From assembly GCA_030704615.1 (NCBI GenBank), contig CM060731.1, positions 25,358,001 to 25,422,000 of the forward strand: DNA of 64,000 bases, written 5' to 3'. Numbering within the stretch: the first letter of the stretch is position 1; each line of letters opens with the position of its first letter. The notes under the pieces were generated by a model. That model ran no database searches. It saw nothing but the letters and a program-made list of their open reading frames with translations, and had not been told where the DNA came from. Positions 37,640 through 59,697 of this stretch are shown piece after piece. This DNA comes from Takakia lepidozioides (lineage: Eukaryota; Plantae; Bryophyta). The position numbers were made by a program, and so were the translations under genes.

Positions 37640-39807
37640 TACCGTGAGGAGGTTATATATCTGTCGGAACCAACTTGGGACGCATGTTGGAACAGGATGG
37701 ATCTTGTCTGCCTCCTGTGCCATCCTCTGCAAATGTCGCATCATCTTAAGCACAGTGCGGATGATGGCATGCCTGGCGCAATATGATAATGCACTCATGG
37801 GCGGGGGTCACCTAAATTTGGATGTATTTACACCACAAATTAGTAATATAATAAAACAATGACACTGTAATGTCTGCTTACCATACAATACATCATACAA
37901 AATAATGATAACAAAATAATGTAATATAATTTACAAACATTGAATACCATTTAAACGTTGGGTAGACAAATTACCTTGTTCGAGTTATCACGGTCCATGG
38001 GCCAATCCCGCAATACCTTCACATGTGTGGCCTTTTCACGGTCCGATGCCTCTATACAACAGCTAATGGGCTCATCGTGTGACATCCCTTCAAGCCATGG
38101 ATTCAATTCCTGACACATCGCATCAACTTACATATTAGTATACATGAAAATGACCAATGAGACTTGATTGATTTATACAGAACTTATCATTGATATTTTG
38201 AACAAAATTATATATATAGATATATTGTATGATGAATTTACCGACACGTACCATAATGATGCCAACTCGAATAGCATACCGAGTTGACACAGACAAAATG
38301 GTATCAAAAGGTTCAACCACATATAGGTGAGTGATGTAGCCGGAAGTGACTTTGGTAACGGTACACCAAGGGCAAAACGATGTGCCAGTGGTGGAGACTC
38401 CACCTCTGCAAACGAGAGCGTATATACAATGTAGCTCATGACACTCCACAAGAGTAAAGCGTACATGACGTCCATCAGACATGCTCAGCCCACGTGTCAT
38501 AAGTTGCCCCAACTGGTCGAAGAGATGACCTCCATTCGAAAACGCCTCCGTGTTGGCAATGAGTGATAATCTCAGGGCCAACATCCTACCCTCCCACTTG
38601 ACAATGGATATACATGATAACAGTCCGCGGTCACAAAACAACTCCAATGCAACCTCACATACCTGAAAGAAAAATAATCACATTAATAATTAATATGAAT
38701 GAAGTGACGTGTATCATACTTACAATGGTTGTAAAGATTACGTTACTGCAACCTTTATGTTTAGAATTGAATAAAACATGTCCGTTTTTGCCGTAGTAGA
38801 GTCGCGAGTCGATACCAAGTTTGACAACTACTTCATCACCAATTCGGCAACCAGAGCGCTTCTCATAACACAATATCATATATGTGACCCATGCCTCAAT
38901 GCTATCAACTTGCACGCCATATGTAACACCATCCGTGCGGCCCCAACCAAGCCCTGATGCTGAAGCCTCGGTATAGAACTCTTAAACACAACAACAAGAT
39001 TAATTTTAATATGAATTCATATTGAAGTGAACATATAAAATACATAAACTCACAAACGTAATATAAATATGTATGCACAAACCAATAAATTAAAACTAAC
39101 CTTCATCCGCTGAACGACATTTGTGGAATTAACGTTCTTGAAAACGCCATACACGTCAAACGACTTAAGAAGTCTCAAAATGTTGTGAGTCATCCCAGTA
39201 TTAACCATCAATGCCGCAAATCCATGTAAGGTCAAAACATTGTCGTATCTTTGTCAATACACGCTCTGCCTCACGGTCACGAATAATATGCCATACATCC
39301 CGAGTCTGAACAATGTCGACGAGTTGCAAATGACGGTGCTCTGTACTTTGGCCAATATATTAAATGACCCTAGAGATCTCACTATCATGACACTCAGCCA
39401 TCGGTACACCAGCGACAACAGATGCCAGATAGGTCATGCCCCACCAGTACTGCCACCTACGACGGTCATATGCACCAGAACCCGTCTCCAAATCACATAT
39501 GGACAATCTCTGACGAGAACTTGGCACTGGAGTAACAAACCGTGTGGCGTATGAATGCGGGCCAATAGGCACACGTATTGGTGCACGCATGTCAACATGA
39601 CCCGATTGTATAGTATGAGCAATATTCACATCGACATCAGCAATCATAGAGCCTGTACTATGAGCTGGAGTCATCTCAGGTATATCACTGTGACCATGAA
39701 TGACTCGCTCAATACTATTCAATGCTGCACCAAACTCATCTTCAGTAAGAGGGGGGGGGGGGACATCTGGGTCAGGAACGGGATCTGTGTCCTCACGATG
39801 ATGAACC

Positions 39808-39840
<33 letters not shown>

Positions 39841-40090
39841 ATAATAATGCGACTTGGAATGGAGGCTCCAACATGTATGATCGAAGGACCAGCGATATCT
39901 TGATGCAACTCTAATGCGACTGTCTGACGTACCGGTCGACTACCAGATCCACTGAAATGTAATTGTCATGTCCATGGGGTGGCTAGGATCGGACAATGTC
40001 AGGGGCTCGACGACGTGGAGGCCTTGGTGGAGGTCTACGAACTGGCTCAAAACCGATGGGCAAACCGGAAGAGTCGTCTTCCATACTTTA
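37640..40090 (-). pseudogene. Relic intron-containing transposase-like gene (RAG1/Transib-like motif order) with an embedded LysM domain
   Basis: VVVKLGIDSR (candidate first catalytic Asp), FCPWC, LysM YVVEPFDTILSVSTRYAIRVGIIM|ELNPWL spliced in phase, and YCARHAIIR. Several stops and frameshifts. Confidence 0.5.
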
Positions 40091-40287
40091 TTTTACGGTA
40101 ATAATCATGTTGAGCCCATCACAATTTTACATATTGACCCGCCAACACACAACAACAAACAAACATAAATCTTACGTATATCAAAATAGTAGGATAGTCA
40201 AAATTTTAAATATTACATGATTAGGTATTATATTCCTATTCAATATTCGGGTCAATGAAGTGTAAAATAATGGTGTTTCTTGACCTC

Positions 40288-40410
40288 GAAGGGCTACAGC
40301 TTTCCAACATGAAGGTGGACACCTTTGTGACACCAATCAGTGGATTCAACTCACAACCATTTCCGAGGTGGTATGTGTCCATTACAATTGGGCTACAACA
40401 TGGTTGTCAG
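40288..40410 (-). mobile_element. tRNA-derived SINE, diverged copy
   Basis: Colinear similarity to 40566-40752 and 41710-41872. Confidence 0.6.
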
Positions 40411-40565
40411 TGTGCCATAGTATTTTTATCCACCACCTACTGAATTAGCATTGCTATGACAATCCCATGTAATCACTGACTCCGTCGGACATGCCCACCC
40501 GAAAGGAGGCAACACCCGCAAGGGGAAGAGGTTCTTATTTACACTAGCTTTGGTTGGCGTTATAT

Positions 40566-40752
40566 AAAAAGAAAAGAAAAATATGACGCCTCCCGGAGGG
40601 ATCGTAACTTATGGTGTTACTTCACCACAAGGGCTACTGCCTTCCAGCTGAAAGGTGGACACCTTCATGACACACCAGACCGTGGTTTGAACCCACAATC
40701 ACATCCAACGTGGTATGTGCCCAATACCACTGGGCTACATGGTGGTTGTTGG
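40566..40752 (-). mobile_element. tRNA-derived SINE, near full length
   Basis: Minus-strand TAGCCCAGTGG (A box), GGTTCAAACC (B box) and a T-rich 3' end. Confidence 0.72.
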
Positions 40753-40840
40753 CATCATTCATATATATATATATATATATATATATACCTCCGTTTGTTC
40801 TAGTGCAACTTGCATAAACAATATTCTTTCATGTTCGAAC

Positions 40841-41436
40841 CAGTGTTGTACTGGTATATCACTTTGCGCCTAGGTATGAGTAAGGATATTGTAGAACATA
40901 CCGGTTGGATATGTCTTGGGGCTTATCCCCCGACTATACCCTGTACCCCCAGGTGTTGAACATTGGACCTACTCCCTACCTACCATACCACTCTAAGTAT
41001 GGACTACTTTCATATTCCTTCAGACCTGTATTGAGGATTGATGAACCTAAGCTAGCATGGGTATGTGTAACGATACAATTTATTTGTGCTTATCCTCATT
41101 CACATTTGTGCATTAATGTAGAAAATAACACTATATCTTTGCAAATTTTATTCCAAAAAAAATGAAGAAATCATTCTCTACATATCCTATCTTTACACAT
41201 ACATAATATATACTCCTAATATGTCATACCATACACTTGCACATATAGACCTAGTATCTCCATTGAAAATTTGACTTATTCATGCCTAGGATCAGAGTAT
41301 GTCCCACATATGAATACTCATACCAGCCATCTACCCTATCCACGCGGCCACTGTGGATCTACACTGGGCCATCTTGGCCTTAAAGGTCCATTAGGCATAC
41401 CATGACTGTTAAAATGGACATACCAATACAATACTG
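40841..41436. mobile_element. Non-autonomous hAT element (MITE)
   Basis: TIR CAGTGTTGTACTGGTAT (15/17 match). 8-bp TSD GTTCGAAC at 40833-40840 and 41437-41444. Confidence 0.9.
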
Positions 41437-41709
41437 GTTCGAACCGGATAATGAATGAGATTCATCGTGTCCCATCCAACATTGAATATGTAACATTTTA
41501 CATATTCAAGCAGCTATTGAATAGGTGCACTGACCATGCTCGAACAATGCCCATTCAATTGATAATATATAATTTAAGTCGTTCACATATCATTGGAGGT
41601 ATATGGACTCAATACAATCAGTAATAAAGTAATGAAAGGGTTGATCCATGATATCGCATAAACCCTAAGAGTATTGTTTGATTCATAATATTTGATATTT
41701 AATATTTTA

Positions 41710-41872
41710 TGCCTCCCGAAGGAAGCATAAATTATGGTGTCTCTTCATCCTGAAGGGTTATTGCCTTCCACTAGGAATGTGGACACCTTTGTGACACCAA
41801 GGGTGGATTGAACCCACAACCACTTACGTAGGTGGTATGTGCCCATTACCACCGGCCTACAACTTGGTTGTC
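41710..41872 (-). mobile_element. tRNA-derived SINE copy
   Basis: Minus-strand TAGGCCGGTGG (A box) and GGTTCAATCC (B box). Body is homologous to the other copies. Confidence 0.7.
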
Positions 41873-42494
41873 CTCATTCATAATGTTTTAATAATATGTC
41901 ACTTACTGATTGAAAATAATATTCTATCTTGATTTAGTAGTACGCGATGCATTGAAAAACCGACTTTTTAAGTCAAAAGAAGCAATATACCTAAAATATC
42001 CAAAAATAATATTGTATAACAAACATTTACACTTGTAATATTTATTCATTCGAAGATGGTATAGTCTATATATATATTCAAGCATATTCAATTGTATTTT
42101 ACACAATTGTATAATCCCAAGTTATATTAATTATGAATATCAAAATCATAATATCGTAGATAGTAGAAACATCATACCCGACAAGTACAACGACGACACG
42201 TTCGTAGTGATTCTCGTCGGGGGCCGATCCGTATTTGCAGCGTATGTCCTTCCTGCAACAAACAGTCCTCCCTTAGACTTAAGACCACAAAATAAAAACA
42301 AAAAATAAACACAAAAGAATGAAATGAAAAAACATTGCAATACAACAAGTAGGCATAGTGGAGGCTTACCTTGAGAGCTCGTGGAAGAAGTGCAAGTTCA
42401 AATGAGGGCTTGCAATTCTTATAGTGTGCAATTAGCCCCTAGCAATTAATGCTATGAAAGATTTATTAAAATTTATCGTCCATTGGGTAAAGAC

Positions 42495-42697
42495 TACCAT
42501 CCGTTGGACGCAAGCGTGCACCGTTGCAAACCACCGTTGAACTTTGGATGGTAAGGGAGATGCACTGTTGGACGGAATGGAACGGCCATTGGGTTTTGGA
42601 TGGTAAATGGTTGTGCAACCGTTGGACTTTGGATGGTAAGGGACATGCACCGTTGGACGGAATGGAACGGCCGTTGGATTTTGGATGGTAAATGGTT
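42495..42697. repeat. Tandem array of CCGTTGGA / TTTGGATGGTAA motifs
   Basis: Four TTTGGATGGTAA and multiple CCGTTG copies, with a higher-order period of about 86 bp. Confidence 0.85.
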
Positions 42698-45600
42698 ATG
42701 CATTGCATATTAGGTGGATGAGATATCATTAATACGCATTGATTTTTGTGTGTGTGCATGGTGCATCATTATGATAAGCTAATAAGACAAACAATTGTAG
42801 TGGTTGGGTGTCATTATATCGTAGTGTATTCATTTGAATTGTTTGAATGCAGTGCATTAAATACCCTGGCATGCACACAGGTATGACTGGCGAAGCCGGT
42901 CATTTTTGGATTTTGTGACCGGTTGTTGAAGGTTCAACAGGTTTCGTGCAAGCATCCCACAATATAAGATGCGTTTTAAAGTATCTTTCATTGCTAGATA
43001 CGCTCCTAGTGACAAGGTTTGAGGGAGACTTTAGCACTTCCACATATATGTTATTGGTATCGCCATTGGATATATATGCAATCTTTTGCAAGATAATGGA
43101 GGAACCACTTTAAGGATTGAGAGTTTTGAGCATCCAACATATTGCCTTAGCAAATTGCCAATGGTTAGGGCACAAGATCACCTTTGCAATGATTGTCAGT
43201 TCAAAGCTACATAGTGTTAGCCATTAGTAGTGTGGCATGGGCCGTTGATAGTCGTTTTAAATGGAAAAAACCAAGTTGTTGCTATTTTCCATGAATTTCT
43301 AGTGACAAAAAATACTTGAATTTAATATCTCCCACACTGTAGGTCCAAAATTTATGAAACCGCCTTGATGCACCCCTACTCATTGAGGGCTTTCCAATGG
43401 TATCAAGACCACAGGTGGAGATCTCAACGACCCTACAAAACAAGACAAACTACCTTGCTTAATACATAGATAATCAACCCAACTATAAAAAGGGGTTATG
43501 GGTCAACCGGTCACTCAATGTGTGGATACCTAAGTGCTTTCGAGTCCTTAAGGGAAGTTTGCGCAACTACGTTGCTCGGATACAGGTGTAGTCCTTTGGC
43601 ACCATAAGTTACGCCTGCTTAGTTTTCAAGCGAAAATTTGTCAGATTTCGACCTAGAAAATTTGTACAAAGGGGATAAAATCCGAAAATTTGCCAAAAGT
43701 GCCAACACTTGAGTATCAGGAGCCTGTTTTTGCCAACTTGGACCCGTTAAAATGTGCCTCGCACCTGTTAGCCACTTTTCTAACCCTGTCACCTCATTAT
43801 TTTCACGCTCGTCCAATGAGAAAGAAAACACTGGCCAGCAGGGATGTACTAGGAATTTGCTACAGCCATATGTTGCAGAATTTTCGAAAATTGACTGTGT
43901 TGGAATTCCACGTATGATACTTTTTCTTCTTAAAATGCTTGCTCAAACAATTTAGTTTGAAAGAAGTTGAGGACTTGAAGTGGCCTTTGCATACTCAAGA
44001 GTGTCACCATGGTTTGTGAAGTCAATCATCAAGAAAATAATCACAATGATTTTGATCTGGGTGGTTGAAATTTGTAACATGAATTATGGTCAAACAGGTG
44101 GGTTGAATTTTGTCAAATTCCTAGGTAAACTCAAGCCTAGGACACCGCTCCTTGATACCTTTGCCTTTCTCGGTGCATGCAAATTTCAAAAGAGCTTGAT
44201 GAGCTCCAGAAGCTCCAGAAGCACAGTAACGGGCAACTTTACAAATGCTGAAAGTGTTGCCTTTGAGCAGAGTTTGCAATCAACCCACCTATAATCAAAT
44301 CTTTTGCTATCTCACCAATGTAACAGTGTTTGGCAATGCCTAAGACAAAGCTATATGTTGCTCAATTTCTGAGATCTGAACTGTGAGAGCTGGATGGGCG
44401 GCAGTAACTCTGACAAACATGTGCTTCTCTTAATTATAGTTTCTAATAATCTTCCAGCCAGTTGCACAAACTTTGCTAACAGGATCCATGACCAATATAT
44501 TGAGTTGAATATATAAATTTTTTAAATTTTAAGAATACAAGGGGGAGAAGGCCCTGTAAATCATAGAATCCTAGAAGTGACACCTTAGAAAGATCTCAGT
44601 ACAATCTAAAATAACTACTGACAGGCCGTCGACATTGAAATGAGGGAGAGGGTGCCTGAATGTCCACCCAACTGGTGCAATTCATGGGATTGTGATAGGG
44701 GATTCCATGAACAATCCACTTTCACAGGCAGGAAGCAACCATATTGGCTTTACAATGCGAAATAAGTTGCAACTGTGGTGGATAACTTGAGGACAAAAGT
44801 CAGAGGCTGCAAAGTATAATTGGATGTGCTAAGGACTTCACCATGCCTGCTGAATGAGCATGGAGAGTAGCAACTCTGATGCTAGTGAAATCAAAATCCC
44901 ACCTAGTGTGACAATGAGAGCCAGTTGATGATCCAAACATAGAATGTATAGAGGGGTTAGGGTCAATCCTATAAGGGACCAACTCTCTTAAATAGATAAC
45001 TTCTTGTTACATTGAGATCTGAACATGGTGATGCTCCATGGATTGCTATACCTCTCTAGTCCTGCTGAATCTGTCTAATTACTACATGCTAAACAAAGCA
45101 CTACACCTCAGTGGCCCTACATAAGGCCCCAAGACCGTCCAATACCAGGCAAGCTCCAGCAGATCGTCACCATTGCAGTCCTCATCAGGTAACTGCCAAG
45201 TCTAGCTCTACTGTAAATATTCCAATGAATTTTGGTCACTTCTCTACATGCATCAAGCAGACAGTCCATGCATCATTGCCCCACAGATAGACACACATGG
45301 ACAACATCAAACAACACCACAAAAGAGGAGAGCAATCTACCCATCACTTACCAACCAACCCACACAAGCAAGGCACACCATGAAAGAAAACTAGAAAATG
45401 CAAAAGAGGTTCCAGACCTGAGGCAAAGAAAGGGGAGGCCTCTCTCTTGGTATGCATATCGCACATGAGAGAGATCCCACAAAGCTTGGTTCTGGCCCGC
45501 AGGAAGGGTTGTCCAGCCTCCATATTCAATGTCCTTATCATCGAAGTTTACCGACGCTGAAAACTGGAGAGCAGCCAATGCGAATGGATGTGGTCTTACC

Positions 45601-45841
45601 CACGAGAAGATAGTGAGACAATTGCTGTCTCACCTCTCCTTACACGACCAGATGCCAAAAGTGGGGAGCCCCCCACCCACCACAATTGCCACCGCAGTCA
45701 TCAATTATAAGGAGGTTAGCTGGGGCATCACCAAATATGCGCCCCACTTTCCTCCCCCCACCCTGCCCTCCCCCTTTCCTTTACTCTCCCCTGGGCAGGC
45801 ACTCCACAGAACCTTAAACGATTTCAGACTTTTGCATATTT

Positions 45842-54613
<8,772 letters not shown>

Positions 54614-55392
54614 GGGGCAAGCAAGACGCAACGATGGCAGCAGAACTAAGGGGGGGTCAGCATAGCACGCTCGCAAAGAGCCTCGCAACGAAGAAGACAG
54701 CAGGCTGCAAGAAGGCAGTCCAAGGGGACGCTCAACGTGGACAACGACGGCGACGGACGTCGCCGTCCTCGTCCACTCGTTCCTCTCTATTTCTGTACGC
54801 TCTGTCTAATTCACGAAATATCTTTTTCCAAGACCCCTACGTATTCGTAATCCCATCTACGAATACTACATTCATCCGTCCTGGTGCGACTTCTGTCAAA
54901 GACCCGTGGACTTTGGACGGATGACTCATCGTTCTGTGAGCCGGTCATCCGTACAGGAAGAAGATTCTGTCACCCCGAGAACCCGCGTTAAACATTCATA
55001 ATATTCTTAGAAATATTACGAATCAATCCAACTGCACTTGAAGTCGAGTTAGCCTACGTGAGACGGCGCGTAGACTTGACTCGTTAGGCCCGACGTGGCT
55101 TACATCCGAGAGTCGCCGGAGAAATAATTTCAATCGCACGGCTAGAGGCGTGGAAGAGTGCACGTGTAAAGACCTGTACTTACGGGGGGAACTTCCAGAA
55201 GGTCGGCACTCGGCACGACCGGGCGCCTGGATGAACGTAAACGTTCATTCACCATCTGACCTATGTGCTACCTCGGTGATGGAATCCACAGAGATAAAAG
55301 AGAGTAAAGTAGCGTATAAGAAAGCCGCTTCTGCAGCCATTTCTTTTTTCTTTTTTCCCACAAGGGGATTGTAGCCCCGGGAATTCTATTAA

Positions 55393-56146
55393 CCCTTAAG
55401 TTTCCAAGCCCTTTTTTTGACTTTTTACCAATTTTGGGTACCCAGCTGCAGTAAATTGCCCCTAGAAACCTACCAAAAATCATCCACAGATTCCAGCCTT
55501 ATAGCAATGGGCCCAGCTCATTTATGCATGACATACCAAAAAATGAACCAAGTCCACCTCGGAAATTGTGAGATTATAGCGCCCGGACCTCAAATATCAG
55601 GTCCCAAATAAAAAGTTAGAAAGAAATTGGTTTGACCAAATCAAAACCTAGCTTTATCCAAGACCCACCATTTCCAAATCAATAGTGGAGTGGCTATGAC
55701 CCCACTAAATTGCAGGTCCAACTGATTTTTCCACCTATGGTTGCTATTCATGCAATCACATAGGGGTTGAAATCTCAAAATTGACAATAGAAAATGTGCC
55801 TCCAAATGAAGTACTTTTTTTCAACAAAATCTTTAAAAGCCAATGGTGAAGTATTTTTTCCAAAATTGCTAATTTTCTGCCAAAAATGGCCTTTGGAGTG
55901 CAATCTGTTTTGGGCTTGTTTACCTGCCACGTCAGCGGTCAACAGCCCTTTTCAGGCCCCAAAACGTAAATGAGAGATCTAAGATATTTTTTTGTAAGTA
56001 GCAGCTTTTGTTTTTTGCATCGTACTCGAGACAAATCCCTTGTCATTAAAGCTTCAGGAGTGGGCCCCATCAGACTAGATCTGCAAAAATTAGGTCGAAC
56101 TGCAAATTCAAAGTGACCCGAATCAGGTAGCATGGGAACTTAAGGG
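55393..56146. mobile_element. TTAA-flanked non-autonomous DNA transposon (piggyBac-like MITE)
   Basis: TTAA at 55389-55392 followed by CCCTTAAGTTTCCAAGC. Right end GCATGGGAACTTAAGGG followed by TTAA at 56147-56150. TIRs match 15/17. Confidence 0.75.
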
Positions 56147-56708
56147 TTAAAGGCAAGGAATTGTTTTTTGGTTTGGCTATAATTAATATAACCACTTGAG
56201 CTTTTAATAAAAAACTAATCTACGTAGCCTCTCGACGCTGCTTCCTTTTTCTGGAAAAAATAGGCACTCATTTTCTGACCCTTCATAGACCAGTTCACAC
56301 CTGCTCTCACTCTCATGAAGTTCTCCATTCACCTTTTTAATATGAATTGAAGGACCTCTGTCCCCTTTCCGTTAGAAATTTTAAAAAAATGATGTCAATT
56401 AGTCCATCAAGTCAATCAGAATCCAAATTCGCTATTTGATCTGTACTGTTCAACCTGAAGTAGGAGAATCTACATCCAAGATTTTACACTGACAGCTGAA
56501 ATTAGAGCACATTCCTTGGATGAGATAGTGTATCTGACCATGGCAGCACCCCTTTCATGAACTTCTGGGCTCAATCTCAGCACCCCATAGCATTTGATAG
56601 AGATGAGCTTTCCAGTAAGTTAACCCCTTCACCTCCAAATAAGAATCACAAGCACTATGGACATAGAAAATCGCCCGAGGCCCATTTACAGTTAAAGGTC
56701 ACAGCTTC

Positions 56709-59303
56709 TCAGCAATCATTGGTGCAGCGCTCCGCCTCCCTCTCCACAATCTTGATACAGAACTCAGCAGCCAGCATGTCCTTAATATCTATACCCCAGC
56801 CCACACTGGCCTCATATGTGTCGATGATTGACTCAGGGTACACTAGCAGCCCTACTGCTCCTAGCACTCGTACAGCATTTGCAAGACGGCAGATCCTCTC
56901 CCGAACCTCAAGTGTGACAGTGGCCTTCTCGTTGTTCTGATTTATCTCTCTTTCATTGTCTTCTTGAGCTGTCCTTGTCAAGGTGGGGTCATATTTCCCT
57001 GCAGTCTCTGAATCCAAGTCTGCTGGAGTCTGTTTTGAAGTTTCTGAAGGGACAGAGATCCACACACAGCCATTACAGCCTAAAATCAGGTCAATCCCAT
57101 ATTGCTTCAAGCTGTGGAAATGTTGTTTGAGACGCTTGATCAAATAGGGTGCCACTCTCACCAACTGCCCGTTCTCTAGCTGCCCCAGTCCACAGTATCC
57201 CACAACTGTCAGCTATCTTGCAAAAGCCTCACAAAAGATGAAGCTAACTCCTTTACAAAGTGAATTTACTCATCCTTACCCTAAATTATGCATCCTCCAA
57301 GTTCTCTCTATCCAGCTCATTTCTCAAGGTCACAAATGTTAGGAAGCCAGGCAACTAGGGATATAAATGGCTGACCTTCCATCACTATCTAATCACTGCA
57401 TTTATTTTTGTCTGCCAGGCAGTTCACAACTACAATTGCTTACTGTTAACTGAGGTGTTTTATTCTCAAAAAATGCAACCCTCGACATGGCGATGCTTTT
57501 GGAACAGCATGAAGTAAATTTTTAGAAATTGATCTGTTTCAGGTTAGCAACTCAAACTACCATATATCTACCCCTGGAAAGGATACAGGAAGAGGGATTA
57601 CCTTGCCATACTTGAGACTCCGTGTGTGCAAGTGGAGAGACCCATCCTGATACAAGCTCTGTACTTCAGCCTGTAAAAGGCCCCTGAGGGATGTCAGTAG
57701 CATGGACCCCACATATTGGTCACCTCTAGAGATGAGACAATTTTCCCTACTTTTGAATCAGTCTCATAAAATGGGAATAAAACAAACTTGCTATTGAGTG
57801 GCCTGACTTCTCCCGCACGGCAGAGACTCACACTGATCAGGTCATTTTCTTCATACAGACTTCGCATATTTAGTTCATCCACCACCGTGCGCCGCCGCTA
57901 CAACACATAACATCCCATGTGAGTATTCCTAAGAATTCTTTGTTAAGAGTGGGGGTTGCGAAGTATTAGAGCATAAACTAATTCAAATGTCCCACATCAT
58001 GTTCATAGTTGCTTGTTGAACTAGTGGTGCAGCAGTGAAGAGTTGGCAGCCTCCACCTTCAGGAATCTCCAATAAACAACAGGTAGCATCCCTTTGACAT
58101 CTGAACGCATGGTTGAAGGTGTCTCTGTCATGAGCACATGTGAGATAGTGACACCACTTATCTAACTCCTGAGGTAACAGAACAATTACTTTCAAGCATA
58201 CGATGTACTCTGACAGTCTCTTTAACACCTTCAAAGAGACTGAAGATCCATTGTCAACATGACAGTTGTGATGTTTCTGCCATAACAAAGATGAAGTAAT
58301 TTGCCAAAATGGAATGTAGCATACAGGAGGAGTAAGAGACCTGTGTGCACCTGAATGCCACCTGGCAGATTTACAGCAGATAGCAGCAATTGTGCATCTT
58401 GCCTTGAGTTGACATCCACCTTCCATCTTTTGGGAGCAACCTGCACCAAGAACAACAGACTCACTTTTAGAGATTAGGGTTTAGGATTTAGGGTTTAGGG
58501 TTTCACTGAGACTGAACACTGAGGTTTTCATAAGGAGAGACACAAGTGTGGCTACCTCTGTGATCCGACCAACCACCACATCACCAGTTTCTGCATTATA
58601 TCTGGCACACACAGTCACAGGTTAGAAACAACTCCTCCCCACATTCTACAATTTGAATGACACTTCTAAGGCTCGAAAACGTGGATCAAATGAGCACGAA
58701 AAGGTGGGAATGGCTGACAGAGAGACATGCAAATACCTGGCTCTAAGAGGGCGGACCGAAACCAGCTTGTTGACACGCTCCACTATGCCGCACACAGTGG
58801 CTAGCAGCTGCCCATTCACCATCTGAGTACCATGGCCCCTGCACACACACACACGCAAGAAAATAAACACAAAAAACCCTTCCAAAAGGATGGTCACTGT
58901 AGCTAGACAAAAAATATAATCTCTCTATCTCTCCCTCTGCTCTAGAATACTTCGTCCTTTCCGCCTTTGCACCTTGATTCATCCAAACTGGGAAAGATTT
59001 TCAGGCACCACACAGCGGCCAGCACGATAACTTAGTCAGACAAACCCTGGTCTTCATCGGATATTACGCAACAATGTCACCAACATCCTCTTTAGCAGTC
59101 ACAATGTGGTCACGTATCTGCATGCTGACAGCACGTAGTTACCTGAGAAATCCAGCCTCATGGTCAACCTGAATGGTGTCGCCCACGTTCACAAAGGCAG
59201 CTGCATGCAAGCTTCTCCCAGCATCCTTCAAGCGCTCGTTCGCTTTGGATATCCGTCGCTGCTGTCCGCTTTCAAGCTGAAAATGCAGGCACCTCATGGC
59301 CAT
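56709..59303 (-). CDS. RRP4: Exosome complex component RRP4 (EXOSC2), multi-exon
   Basis: GFLR|GHGT..LATVCGIVERVNKLVSVRPLRAR, KRWKVDVNSRQDAQLLLSAVNLPGGIQ, DELNMR..ENDLIS, LHTRSLKYG, and KH-like LILGCNGCVWI. Confidence 0.94.
58466..58503 (+). repeat. Short degenerate plant telomere-type (TTTAGGG) array in an RRP4 intron
   Basis: TTTAGAG ATTAGGG TTTAGGA TTTAGGG TTTAGGG TTT. Confidence 0.8.
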
Positions 59304-59697
59304 CGTCTCCTCCTCTTTGTTGCGGAAAAATCAAAGATTAATGAAATCCCTAATACCGGGGAAGAACCAGTAATTTATGGAATCACTCTATGTTCTCTCT
59401 CAATCTCACTTGAGCCTCTCTATTCTGTGTCTCTCTTGCGGACAACTAACTAGGCTAGGTGATACCCCATGAGAATCAACCCATTGATAGAGGACTACTT
59501 GTCAGGGTGTGTGTCCCTCTTCAAAGATCCAAGCAGCCTCCTCTTTCTCTTTCACATCTTGTCTTTCACAGCTGCCGCAGGGTTTTGGATTGGATCCGAT
59601 CACTCCAAAATCTTAGGGCTAGGGTATATACCCCTTGAAACTTGGGGTACTGGATCATTGGATCGCGGGCACCCCAAATATCCACAAGTGCATACTT

